Numbered from the whole stretch's first letter, positions 39,680-52,119 are shown. The stretch: DNA of 63,825 bases, filler included, from Octopus bimaculoides (GCF_001194135.2; 9 parts of 9 records of this genome joined end to end with filler, not necessarily neighbours in it); one strand, 5' to 3'. The notes: generated by a model from the letters alone, not told the origin. Numbers and translations: made by a program.

Positions 39680-40836
39680 GAGATCTATATATCCAGTAAT
39701 TATAGCAGGTATGTAAAATAGATGGATCGCCGATTTGTACATGCCCCGGTGATCCATCTATGAAATTTGGGAAATGATTTACCGTATGGTGAATATAACC
39801 GAGTATGTGGAGATTACAATAGCTTGCCAAATTGTCAGTCATAACAGTAGTTAATGGAAGAACGTCTCTGTACTCCTAACGGGTACACATTGAAGAAATC
39901 CTTTTCTAGTTGTGGCGTCATAACATCCGACAACTCAAGTTTTGCGACACATTCTTCTTGCTATTGAAGAACAAGCTTTCATCGATCTCCATTATATTGT
40001 AGGGATGTGGTTATACACCATTAGGTGTATCCCAATTCCGTACATTAAATTTCTTAAGGAAGAAAACGGAACGCAGACCCTAAACTAACAACACAACAAA
40101 TATTTTATTACAGTAGAATTCTGCTCACTCTAGGAGGGAATTCGGTAGCATGTCGCCCTTTGGTTGGATGAGAAGCCGTCAATGAAGTTGCGTGGTTAGA
40201 AGTCATTTTTCTCCTCTCTGGTTGTCTATGTGGCTCCATTGTAGAGTTGTCGAAGAGCTGCTATTGTGACGTCCAGCTTCGACGAAGTTCAGCGACAAAA
40301 GCGATAGAAATACGAGGGAACGCTTGGATATTGGATGAGACTCTTCCTGTATTCCTTCCGAAACTAGTCCCTGCGCATGCGTGGATAAACTCCAGAATGG
40401 CGACTGATATTAGACGCCACTACAATATGATCCGGACCACCAATGGAAGTTTTGTCCTGCACCAGTTTTACCTAACAAACATCTCTACAGAACTGGTAAC
40501 ACTGAACGGCAGTTTTTATCTCAATGCAATTCATACTTGCAGATATCGTCACAGGCAATTCGAAAATCAAATCAAACACTAAATGAAAAATTACATATAA
40601 TGGCAGCTTAGAGTTTTCTGTAACTGTACCTTTCCTGATGGAAAGAGGATTTTTTTTTTAACATTTAGCGCACTTTCTATTGACAAACCCGTCAATAGAA
40701 CGACTAGAATTTTTGAAAATTCAGCGAATGTGTGCAAGCACACGTTTTTTTCATTGGCAATATGTTTTGTCTTCAGATAATCTATAATGTTCTCTGGTGC
40801 AAGGTACAGTAAAAGTTCCAGTCTGGGTGTACACAA
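39680..40836 (-). pseudogene. Merlin (IS1595/ISXO2-like) transposase copy 2, interrupted by a solo LTR
   Basis: SIRKGTVTENSKLPL, TAVQCYQFCRDVC, IGGPDHI|MEIDESLF, YDATTRKGFLQCVPVRS, MTDNLASY and LGYIHHTVNH...GACTN, with frameshifts. Confidence 0.8.
39998..40424 (-). mobile_element. Solo LTR, 427 bp (Gypsy-like)
   Basis: TGTAG...CTACA termini, 4-bp ATAT TSD at 39994-97 and 40425-28, and AATAAA on the - strand near 40104-09. Excising it restores the Merlin frame. Confidence 0.8.
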
Positions 40837-41305
40837 TGTAAAATAAATTCAGAAAAATNNNNNNNNNNNNNNNNNNNNNNNNNNNNNNNNNNNNNNNNNN
40901 NNNNNNNNNNNNNNNNNNNNNNNNNNNNNNNNNNNNNNNNNNNNNNNNNNNNNNNNNNNNNNNNNNNNNNNNNNNNNNNNNNNNNNNNNNNNNNNNNNNN
41001 NNNNNNNNNNNNNNNNNNNNNNNNNNNNNNNNNNNNNNNNNNNNNNNNNNNNNNNNNNNNNNNNNNNNNNNNNNNNNNNNNNNNNNNNNNNNNNNNNNNN
41101 NNNNNNNNNNNNNNNNNNNNNNNNNNNNNNNNNNNNNNNNNNNNNNNNNNNNNNNNNNNNNNNNNNNNNNNNNNNNNNNNNNNNNNNNNNNNNNNNNNNN
41201 NNNNNNNNNNNNNNNNNNNNNNNNNNNNNNNNNNNNNNNNNNNNNNNNNNNNNNNNNNNNNNNNNNNNNNNNNNNNNNNNNNNNNNNNNNNNNNNNNNNN
41301 NNNNN

Positions 41306-41423
41306 TTGGTCGGCCCGAGGCTATAGTATAAGACACTTGCTCAAGGTGCCACGCAGTGGGACTGAACCCGGAACCATGTGGTTGGTAAGCAAGCTACTTA
41401 CCACACAGCCACTCCTGCGCCTA
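41306..41423 (-). mobile_element. SINE family A 5' half
   Basis: ggcccgaggctatagta...gcagtgggactgaacccggaaccatgtggttggtaagc...cacagccactcctgcgcc. Confidence 0.85.
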
Positions 41424-42117
41424 TGTTAATTCTTCGAATTTATTTTTAATTGTGACAATGAAACAATGGATTCAGTCCTTACTGCCAAAATTAATTTATC
41501 TTGCAAAAGAACCCCCCCCACACACACACACAGACACCTACATAATTTCAGAAGCATAGCAACAGTTGCATTTTGGAAGTATGTTAAAATTTTTAGTAGA
41601 CCTATGACGGAGAATTATTCAATATCGTGTTTGCTTCTTTGAGAATCGCTTACCTTTAAAGCGAAAAAACAAGACCGACGTATACAACACTTGTTTCAAT
41701 CGTTCGTTTTCTGTGAGCTGTAGAGATTGTTGCACTCGCGTACCCCTTATTGCTGAGTAGAGAGAGGTGTGTGGATCAATTTTGCAGTTTTTCAGGATGC
41801 GTACGTTCCTTATGCATTCCAAAACCGAGTTGTCGATTTTCACGTATGGGGTATCAAAAGATTCAGTACTATTTCCACTACTATTTAAACTTTATTTTCA
41901 TTGACATATTTGAACTACAAAAATTTAAGATTAGAATCTTTTCCATAAGTTATCTATCGTAAACATTCTATTCAACGACCATGATGACATCACATTTTCT
42001 ATATGAGTGCGTACCTTAAAAGACATCCATCATCACCTTCACTCATTCTATTTCTCTTCCTTTCTCTCTCACACAGGTACGCACACAGACACAAAATCCT
42101 AATTTTACTCTAACATC

Positions 42118-43066
42118 ATGGCTCTATGCAACTGTTGCAATATCACTCTTTGTGAAGGAGTTCTCCGTTTCCACGATAAAAATAATACTGCCATTACATT
42201 TTTCATGGAACACGGTGTTCTGCCGTTTACCCATAAATTGTCCAACATGTAATTTTCCATGTATTTTGCGCGAGGAAACGAACATGTGACGTTGCCGTAG
42301 GATGGAACGGCGACGTCGCCAATCCAGAAGGGAGTGTGGATATTCTGAATCTTTATTGAAGAACTCCTTTCTGGAAAAAACCTATGTTCTACTTTGGAAG
42401 ATTTTGCTTTTCGTGAATCACTTCCTCAGCACAGCCTGGTTGCACAGATTAATCGAGGAAAATCTCGGATTCTGTCGTAAAACCTCCGTAGATTGGTGGT
42501 CTTTATGTGCTGAGGTCTGCCAATTTGGGGCAGAAAACCACCAAAATATGATCGGAGGAGATGGGGTCGAAAATGAGGTCGAATGAAACGGTTCTGGTCC
42601 ATCGAAAATATCAATGCGGCAGAATAATCAAAACGGTTTGGCTTTTTGGTGGACTGGAATGCTTGACAAAGAGATCGTTTATGGTCCCACTTTTGACAAT
42701 GTGGCGAGGGCAACAGAAAGGTTGCTGACACCCTCATTCCTATCATTAGACGCTATATGAGGCCAGGATCAATAATCTATAGTCAGTGTTGGCGTGCGTG
42801 TAGTAACTTGAGCAGCATGGGCTATACACTCTATCAGGTTAATCACGCTGAACACTTTGTGGATCCCCCATAACCCAGCTATTCACACTCAAGATATTGA
42901 GCGTTTATGGGGAAGTCTGAAAAAGGGCATTGTTCGTCCAGGAATGAGACCGAAGTATCTCAAACAGTATGTCGTTAGGTTACTTTTTATACGGGCCATC
43001 TCACTGCCAACAAGGCGACTTCATAAGTTTCTTTTGGAAGTTGGAAGACTGTATGCATGTTCTTGA
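42118..43066 (+). pseudogene. Merlin (IS1595/ISXO2-like) transposase copy 1, near full length, frameshifted
   Basis: AITFFMEHGVLP-KCPTC Zn ribbon, TSVDWWSLCAEVC, MIGGDGVENEV(D)ETVLVHRKY, WLFGGLE, PIIRRYMRPGSIIYSQCWRA and VNHAEHFVDP..IHTQDIERLWGSLK. Confidence 0.85.
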
Positions 43067-43328
43067 GGACACGGAAGAATTCGTTCTTGATGTTCACAAT
43101 TACCCTAAACTTTTTTCTATCATGAAACGATATTCAAAACCATATTTATGAAACCATTCGGATAATTTTTTACGAGTGCACCACCACGCAGTTCATTAAA
43201 AAAACCCTCGGATTTCTCGCGTGTAATCTGCCGCAAACCCCTTATTTTTGTTCGAAAAAAAAAATGGATGGAGTAGAAAACTGGAACCCCACCTCCCTGA
43301 AATTATTTGAAAATGTGCATAAATAGAA

Positions 43329-43730
43329 TACCGTAAATCTTCGAGTATAATCCGCACTTTCCCCCCAAAATTTTTAGTGCGTACTATATACGAGGTTAAA
43401 AATGTAAAAAATATTTTCTAAGTGATAAATATGTAAAGGCAATTTACTTAATATTTATTTTTCACTGACGTTATTACTGTTATTTCTTTATTTTCTGCAA
43501 ACAAAGTGCACAAAAAAGCTACATGTTTGCATTATGTTACATATACAATAATAATAAAGGACATTACCGTATACATGTTTACAAACCAAGGACGTTATAT
43601 AGACCTCCTTGACTCAAGTTAGAGAAGGGGTGCGTATTATACATAGGGTTTAAGTTTTTCAGAGGTACAGCCCCCTAAAATCCCCTGCGTATTATACTCA
43701 AGGGCGGACTATACTCGAGGATTTACGGTA
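43329..43730. mobile_element. MITE, pogo/Tigger-like termini
   Basis: TIR taccgtaaatc(t/c)tcgagtata(a/g)tccgc matches 25/27 between the ends and includes the flanking TA. Subterminal gcgtattatac repeats are present; no ORF. Confidence 0.85.
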
Positions 43731-43765
43731 TATATTATGCAGGCCCCAAAAAATAAAATAAAATA

Positions 43766-43925
43766 CAGTGGCTGTGTGGTAAGTAGCTTGCTTACCAGCC
43801 ACATGGTCCCGGTTTCAGTCCCACTGCGTGGCACCTTGGGCAATGGCCTTCTACTATAGCCTCGGGCCGACCAAAGCCTTGTGAGTGGATTTGATAGACG
43901 GAAACTGGAAGAAGCCCGTCGTATA
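43766..43925 (+). mobile_element. SINE family A 5' half running into (TA)n and a gap
   Basis: gtggctgtgtggtaagtagcttgc...cagtcccactgcgtggcaccttgggc...gaagcccgtcgtat. Confidence 0.85.
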
Positions 43926-44500
43926 CGTATATAAATATATATATATATATATATANNNNNNNNNNNNNNNNNNNNNNNNNNNNNNNNNNNNNNNNNNNNT
44001 TAATTAATTAANNNNNNNNNNNNNNNNNNNNNNNNNNNNNNNNNNNNNNNNNNNNATGAGGCAACAAAGTTGGGGGCATTTGTAGTAATGCCCTTTTATT
44101 TATAGGATTTTTTCATTTCATGTTAATTTCATTCATTGTTTGCAATGTACTCTCTCACACACACACACTGCAAAGTTTACAGATGGGCTGCAGAGTTGAA
44201 ATCTCTATGTTGCTTTGAGGGGAAGGTAAAACTTGACAAACAACTTCTCCTTCTGTTGTTGGACTACCGTGATGTTTGTTTTAAAAAGAAACATTATGAC
44301 TGTAATAAAATCATGAAATCAATATTTACTAAGCAAGTGAGCACTATTATACAAAGAAATAATTAGATGTAAAATATAAAAATTATTAGAAATTGGAATC
44401 AAATGTAAAAATATTATCAAGGGGCTAGCAGAAAACTGCCTGGTGGGTGGTCTTTCTGGTAGTATAGACAAGGGTAAATACGTATGTGCATGTGTGTGTT

Positions 44501-44531
<31 letters not shown>

Positions 44532-44858
44532 GCATATATATGTCGGTGTGTGTGTACAGGTGTGTGCATGCAGATGCGTGAATGTACACCTATACATACA
44601 TGCGCACATTCACATAGATACAGACACGTACACACAGATATATAAGCACATGTATAGACACACACACATATATATACTTGCATATCTACCACCCCTTCCT
44701 ACTCTCATGACTTTTCTTGACCAATCACAGGCTAATGTACGGTAATAAACATTTGACTTTCTTCATTCAAATTCCTATGGCCAAAGACTAGTATCAAGCT
44801 TGAAACTCAGAGTACCAAGGCGTTTGAATCAAAATGTTTTGATCCATATACATATATC

Positions 44859-44890
<32 letters not shown>

Positions 44891-45381
44891 AACGCACACA
44901 TATATATATGTGTGTGTGTGAGTGTGTGTATGTATGAATGTATGTATGTATGCTAGTGTGCCTATGTTAAGAAACTTGCTTCCCAACTATGTAACTTCAA
45001 GCTCAGTACCACTGCACAGCACCTTGGACAAGTATCTTCTACTATAGGTCTGGGCTGATCAAAGAAGTGTCAGTTTAATCTGGTGTACACACACACGTGT
45101 GTGTGTGTGTATATATATATACACATAATTTTTCCCGTCTGGCCGTATAGCCTTTTCTGTTTGTTTTCCTGTCTTGTTTTTTGTCCGCCACTACATTCCT
45201 TCATGGCAAGGTTTAATTTGTGTATACAAATTTAATTTGCGGTCCATGGGAAGAGCCGTTTTAGTGATGTGTCCTGCCCAGCTCTTCAAAACGCCGGTGT
45301 TAAAACGGGGGTAGCTGATGAAGAAGAATGTTCTCTATGTGGCTTGTGTGTTTTCTCGTCTANNNNNNNNNNATATATACA

Positions 45382-46242
45382 TGAGGGTGTACTCAAAGGA
45401 AACTGGAATTTTGCAATATTATTTTATTCACTTACTTTTCCATTTTTCATTTCACACTGATGAAACAAATCAGCATCGTCTTGACATTGGACTTCACTTG
45501 ATGTACATTTTGGGGCATGGTGACATCGGATGCTTCCATTGACTTGATTGCTGCTTCGTTTGCAAGTTGTAGCCATAGCAGCAGCTTTCATCACCAGTGA
45601 TGACCTTCGAAAAAAGGTCCAAATCAACTTCCAACTGTTCTTTCAGTTCATGACACACATTCAGTCATGACTGCTTTTGATCTTCTGTGAGCAAGTGAGG
45701 CACAAATTTTGCTGCAATGCTTTTCATTTGCAATTTCCTCTCTCAAAATTCATTGGCAGGAGCTCCAAGACACACCAGTCATATCAACAAGTTTGTCAAT
45801 TGTCCAGCGATGGTCCTTCAAGATGAGTTTATGAATTTTCGTGATGTTTTCAATCATTCAGGAGGTCAATGGTAGCTCTGAATGAAGTTGGTCTTCATGC
45901 AACAAGTGGCAATTCCTAAAGCGTGAAAACCACTCATAAACTTGGGTTTTGCTCATGGTAGTGTCCTTCTAAGTTGTTTCAGCCACTGTTTTTCCCTGGC
46001 AGCAAACAGAATTTCACAGAAGCATGCTTGTTCCTTTGTTTCAGCCATTGCAAAAATTGATGACCAGGGTAGAAGCACTGCAAAACAAAGATGCACCATG
46101 AGGCAGTACAACACCAGCTGCTGCTGCTAATCAGCGGACTGATACCTGAGAGTCACAGGATGTGGCTTCCAGTAGCAGAAGCCTGAACTACAATGGGTTT
46201 GTCCCACAGAGAATGTTTCCATTTACTTTTGGGTACCCCCCA
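45382..46242 (-). mobile_element. Internally deleted irritans-like mariner
   Basis: Degenerate TIRs (tgagggtgtactcaaagg / ttttgggtacccccca). ATG at 46048; TQVYEWFSRFR, KFVPRLL-type segment and KVITGDES...QTKQQSSQWK..VKSNVKTMLICF. The C-terminal half is missing. Confidence 0.8.
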
Positions 46243-46266
46243 TACATATATACATATATGTATGTG

Positions 46267-46314
<48 letters not shown>

Positions 46315-46359
46315 GGTGTGTGTATACACACGCACACACATACATATATATATATGCTC

Positions 46360-46560
46360 TTTTATATGTTTCAGTCATTTGACTGTGGCCATGCTGGAGC
46401 ACTACCTTTTAGTCAAACAAATTGACTCCAGGACTTATTCTTTGTAAGCTTAGTATTTATTCTATCAGTCCCTTTTGCTGAACCACTAAGTCACGGAGAT
46501 GTAAACACACCGACATCGGGTGTCAAGAAATGGTAGCAGGACAAACACAGACACACAAAT
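46360..46560 (-). mobile_element. SINE family A 3' half
   Basis: gtttcagtcatttgactgtggccatgctggagcac...ggacttattctttgtaagc...acaaacacagacac. Confidence 0.8.
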
Positions 46561-46587
46561 ACACATATATATATTTATATATACATA

Positions 46588-48907
46588 TCATCATCATCAT
46601 CATCATCATCGTTTAACGTCCACTTTCCATGCTAGCATGGGTTGGACGATTTAACTAGGGACTGGCAAACCGGATGACTCCAATCTGATCTAGCAGAGTT
46701 TCTACAGCTGAATGCCCTTCCTAACGCCAACCACTCCGAGAGTGTAGTGGGTGCTTTTACATGCCAATGGCATGAGGGCCAGTCAGGTGGTACTGGCAAT
46801 GGCCACGCTCAAAATGGTGTTTTTTACATGTCACCTGCATAGGAGCCAGTCCAGCCGCACTGGCAACGACCTCGCTCGAATGTTTTCTAATGTGCCACTG
46901 ATACAAGTGCCAGTAAGGCAACGCTGGTAACAATTACGCTCAACTGGTGCTATTTACGTGCCACTGACACGGAAGCCAGACAGCTGCTCTGGCAATGATC
47001 ATGCTCGGATGGTGCTCCACTAGCACAGGTGCCAGTCATCGAATTTGGTTCAATTACTATTTTGATTTCGATTTCACTTGCCCCAACAGGTCTTCGCAAG
47101 TGTCCAATGAAGGAGAGGTTGGCATGGGTGCCAATCGTCAAATTTGGTTTGATTTCGATTTCACCTGCCTCAACAATTCTTCGCAAGTGGAGTTTAGTGT
47201 CCAATGAAGTANNNNNNNNNNGCCAGACAGCTGCTCTGGCAATGATCATGCTCGGATGGTGCTCCACTAGCACAGGTGCCAGTCATCGAATTTGGTTCAA
47301 TTACTATTTTGATTTCGATTTCACTTGCCCCAACAGGTCTTCGCAAGTGTCCAATGAAGGAGAGGTTGGCATGGGTGCCAATCGTCAAATTTGGTTTGAT
47401 TTCGATTTCACCTGCCTCAACAATTCTTCGCAAGTGGAGTTTAGTGTCCAATGAAGTAAAGATACGAATAAGTGAGCTGGCTACACTCGTGGCACAGGCC
47501 ACAGATTATAGTCTCACTTGGCTTGCCAGGTCTTCTCACGCACTGGATATTTCCAAAGGTCCCGGTCACTAGTCATTGCCTCGGTGAGGCCTAATGTTTG
47601 GAGGTCGTGCTTCACCACCTCATCCCAGGTCTTCCTGGGTCTACCTCTTCCACAGGTCTCCTCAACCACTAAATTGTGGCACTTTTTCACACAGCTATCC
47701 TCATCCATTCTTGCCACATGACCATACCAGCGCAATCATCTCCCTTGCACACCACAACTGATGCTTCTTAGGTCAACTTTTCTCTCAAGGTACTTCCACT
47801 CTGTCGAGTATGCACACTGACATTACACATCTATTGGAGCATACTGGCTCCGTTTCTTGCGAGCTTATGCATGTCCTCAGCAGTCACTGCCCATGTTTCA
47901 CTGCCATGTAACATGGCTGTTCGTACACATGCGTCATACAGTATGCCTTTTACTCTGAGCTAGAGGCCCTTTGTCACCATCAGAGGTAAGAGCTCTCTGA
48001 ACTTTGCCCAGGCTATTCTTATTCTAGCAGCTACACTTTCAGAGCACCCACCCCCACTACTGACTTGGTCACCGAGGTAACGGAAGCTATCAACCACTTT
48101 TAGTTTTTCTCCCTGGAATGTGGCAGAAGTTGTTTTCTGCACATTTACAGTATTTATTGCTCCTGAACATCTGCCACATACAAAAAACTAACTTCCTAGT
48201 TAACCTTCCTTTGATATTGCTGCACCTCTTATGTGTCCATAACTTGCACTGGGTGCATCTTATAGAGTTTCTACCTATGCCTTTTCTACAGATCGAGCAG
48301 GGCCATCTACCTGAAGGGGTTCATGTTTTGTCTATCTTCCTACTTATTAGGACTTTGGTTTTAGCTAGGTTGACTCTAAGGCCCTTCGATTCTAGTCCTT
48401 GCTTCCACACCTGAAACTTCTCCTCTAGTTCTGATAGTGACTCAGCAATTAGGGCAAGGTCATCAGCATAGAGGAGCTCCCAGGGTCATCTTGTCTTGAA
48501 TTCCTGTGTTATTGCCTGGAGGTCTATGATAAATAGGAGGGGGCTGAGGACTGAACCTTAGTGGACCCCTACCTCTACCCGGAATTCTTCACTGTACTCG
48601 TTGCCAACCCTCACTTTACTGAGAGCGTCCCTGTACATGGCTCACACAGTTCTCACTTACCATTCATCTATCCCTAGGTTCCTCATTGACCACCAGATAA
48701 GGGAACGAGGGACCCTGTCAAAGGCTTTCTCCATGTCAACAAAAGCCAGGTACAGAGGTTTATCTTTAGCTAGGTATTTCTCCTGCAGCTGTCTTACCAG
48801 AAATATAACATCAGTGGTGCTTTTCCCTGGCACAAACCCAAACTGCATCTCATCTAAACTGACTCTCCCAAATTAGTTGGGCTATGACCCTCTCCGTGAC
48901 TTTCATT
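46588..48907 (-). mobile_element. RTE-clade LINE, 5'-truncated, with (TGA)n tail
   Basis: QFGFVPGKSTTD, FVDMEKAFD, GVH*GSVLSPLLF, LLYADDL, FRYLG, RWYGHVARM and RGRPRKTW; stop at 47514. About 0.9 kb of 3' UTR ends in (cat)n at 46588-46610. Confidence 0.95.
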
Positions 48908-49109
48908 GATGGGCCGGGGGCTTAAAGTGTTCATTTATTTGGCACAGAGTGGATATAACTATTTAATTTATGGGATACATTTGTAAGTGTATTGTGTAGA
49001 AATATAGTTGCTGCAGTCGAAGATTCAAATGAGGCCAAAGGGCTGAAAAAAAAAATTGCAATAAAACTCAAACACCTGTATGAAGATTTCACTTGCCTCA
49101 ACAGGTCTT

Positions 49110-49586
49110 ATACCTGTATGTAGGCCAAAAAGAAATATACTGTTTGCAGCAATAGACCATGTTAACGAAGAACTGGAAAGATTGGAAACTCTTGGTATAA
49201 CTGAAAAGAATGACCATGCAGACTGGGCAACACCAACGGTTCACATGAAAAAGAAAAATGACAAACAAAGTGTTTGTACAGATTTTTCAACAGTGGTGAA
49301 TGAGTTTTTAATTGCACCTGCTTGCATTTGTTAAAAATTAACATACACAATGGCTAATAGTAAATTTAAGCTGCTTCCCTTGGCGTGGAGGTAAAGTGTG
49401 AATTCTTGCTGGAAAAAAAAATTAAATACCTAGGATAAGTAATTGATGATAATGGAACACGATTTGTGTCTAGCGAATTTTTAAAATTTTGTGAAATGTT
49501 CATGATAAAACATAACTACCATGCCATACCATCCCAGATCTAATGGACAGGCAAAACGCTTAGTTGATATCTTCAAACGAGCTTTA
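49110..49586 (+). mobile_element. Ty3/Gypsy pol remnants (start of RT joined to integrase core)
   Basis: PVCRPKRNILFA...VNEELERLETLGI...ADWATPTVHMKKK...VCTDFST, then DDNGTRFVSSEF.KFC and ITTMPYHPRSNGQAKRLVDIFKRAL. Confidence 0.85.
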
Positions 49587-49789
49587 ACCCTTTCGTTACT
49601 ATATTTCTGACCAAAATACACCCCTCATGAGTTTCAATTAAATTCTAAAATAATCATGAATTTAGACTAGTCTCATTAAACACCTGTAACTTTTTTATTT
49701 ATCAACATATTAATGTGATATTTGGAACATAATTAAAGAAAGGGTTCTTAATCAATTCTATTGTATAATTTTTGTCTCAAAGTTCTCCA
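49584..49789 (+). mobile_element. Possible TTAA-CCC (piggyBac-type) MITE left end
   Basis: TTAA followed by CCCTTTCGTTAC exactly where the integrase homology stops; the right end is not seen (gap). Confidence 0.3.
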
Positions 49790-49889
49790 NNNNNNNNNNN
49801 NNNNNNNNNNNNNNNNNNNNNNNNNNNNNNNNNTTAATTAATTAANNNNNNNNNNNNNNNNNNNNNNNNNNNNNNNNNNNNNNNNNNNN

Positions 49890-49951
<62 letters not shown>

Positions 49952-50164
49952 AAAGGCGAAAGTGAGGTTGAGAGGGAATGAAGAATGTGTATATATGAAT
50001 GTGTATGTGTATATATGTGAGTGTATGTATATGTTTGTGCATGTGTATGTATGTACGTATTTATGTATGGATGTGTGTTATTATGCATGTGTGTGAGAGA
50101 AAGCGGGAAAGAGAGATAGGAAGTAGGGTGGGAGGTGGAGAATAGAGAATAAGCGGCGTATGGT

Positions 50165-50177
50165 AGATAAAGAATGA

Positions 50178-50229
<52 letters not shown>

Positions 50230-50362
50230 TGGAAAGAAAGGCGGAGAAGAACGATGAGAAAGAGAGAGAGAGAGAAAGAGAAGTATATTGATAGGAAGTG
50301 AAAGGTTGAGATGGTGGGAGAAAGGGAAGTAGTCAGAGAAGCAATGAAGAAATAAAGAACGA

Positions 50363-50394
<32 letters not shown>

Positions 50395-50441
50395 CCAAAA
50401 GAAAGAAAGAACGTACAAAGGGAGAAAGAAAGAAAGACGCA

Positions 50442-50473
<32 letters not shown>

Positions 50474-50815
50474 AGGGAGGAAGGAAAGAAGGGAGGAAGG
50501 AAGGAAGGAAGGAAGGAAGGGAGGGAGGAAGGAAGGAAGGAAGGAAGTAAGGAAGGAAGGAAAAAAGAATGAGTGAATGAATGAAAGACAAAAAGTAAGA
50601 ACGAAAGAATGAAAGAAAGGACGGAAGAAGAAAGGAAGAAAGAAGGAAGGGAGGAAAGAAAGAAAAAAGAATGAGTGAATGAATGAATGAATGAAAGACA
50701 AAAAGTAAGAATGAAAGAATGAAAGAAAGGACGGAAGAAGTAAGGAAGAAAGAAAGGAAGAATGAAGAAGGAAATAAAGAAAGAAATGATGAAAGAAAGA
50801 AAAAAGAAAGAAAGG

Positions 50816-50850
<35 letters not shown>

Positions 50851-50910
50851 TAAAGAAGGAAAGAAAAGAAGGATGAAAGAATGAAAGCGAGCAAGAAAGA
50901 AAGAAAGATA
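50165..50910 (+). repeat. Long purine-rich (GAAA/GGAA/GA)n tract with an internal duplication of about 105 bp
   Basis: Almost exclusively A/G. The block aaaaaagaatgagtgaatgaatgaaagacaaaaagtaaga... recurs at about 50561 and 50665. Confidence 0.9.
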
Positions 50911-52057
50911 AAGCCATTCACGACCGGAAGACCTGAATCCGATTATTGTCGCAATATTCATCAAAGCTTAAATCTCCCTTTCTCTCCTTTCTCTTCTTCT
51001 TTTCCTTCCTCATCATCTCTCACACACCTCTGTCTTTCATCACACACATGCACACACACACACACGCAAACACACCTACACACCCACATACACACACACA
51101 AGCACTGTGTCTCTGTCTGTCTCTCTCTCTCTTTGTCTATCTCCCTTTCTCTCCTTTCTCTCTCTGTCTCTCTTTATCTCTCTCCGTCATTTCTCATTCT
51201 CATACATCATCTCATAAATATGTACCGGAACTCCTCATTGTCCAGGCAATGATGTACCGGAAGTGCTAATAATTTACATAATACACCTTAATTATATCAC
51301 AAACCAAAGGAATCAGTAAAAACCTTTTCCATGGAACGATTAAAGTCACGTATTCTCTAGCCAATCCCCAGTTCTTTAGCCAACTTACTCTCATGCATTC
51401 AATAGTACCCACCCATATTTTATTGTTATCACAACCAGCCGTCACTCGCGAGCAAGCGTGACTTGGGAGCATATACCATACTTTCACCAACAACTTAAGG
51501 TGCTTGTATAGTCATGAGCGGATGAAAGCATCTACTAGGTTTTCTAACCTTTGACCCAGCAGAACATCCACAACTCAAGAACTTGAGAACAAGAGAGCGT
51601 TAGAGAGAATAGTACCTGTATCCGGTTGGTACTCGTTACAGGTAAGTAAAAGGGCTATGGAAAAATAAAGTGCTTGCTCAACGACACAACCTGTGAGCTT
51701 AAGTCCTGTTCAGAAATTGAACCCGGGAACTTGAAGTAATGAGACAAACATACTAAACAACGTATGCAGTCGAGGACTGAATCTTACGTGTTAACACAGC
51801 TTAACTTTAAGAAAGAAGGATTAATTTGACATTGCTTGGTTCCGCTTTCAATCCTTGGCAAGTACCGTCTATTATGGCCTCGGGCCGACAAATCCTGCTG
51901 AGTGGATTTGATTGACGCAAACTGAAAGAAGCCCGTCGTACTTCAAGAGGAAACAGCAGGGATTTACCTTAATTGCATACAACATATATGTGTGTACACG
52001 AGCGCGGGTGCCTGCGCGTGTGTGTGTGTGTGTGTGTGTGTTTGTGTGTGTGCGTGC

Positions 52058-52096
<39 letters not shown>

Positions 52097-52119
52097 CGTG
52101 TGTGTGTGTTTGCGTGCGT

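Noticed and set aside
42118-43066. Bacterial IS1595 contamination or recent horizontal transfer
   Set aside because: The ORF is decayed, is flanked by host SINEs and MITEs, and fits the eukaryotic Merlin superfamily.
45125-45345. Minus-strand KSWAGHIT peptide resembling an RTE C-terminus
   Set aside because: One short motif without convincing flanking homology.
46975-47458. 237-bp exact tandem duplication in the RTE 3' UTR
   Set aside because: Two identical copies separated only by a 10-N gap, typical of an unmerged contig overlap.
49834-50964. 376-aa Phe/Ser/Leu membrane-like ORF
   Set aside because: Antisense translation of a (GAAA)n purine tract.
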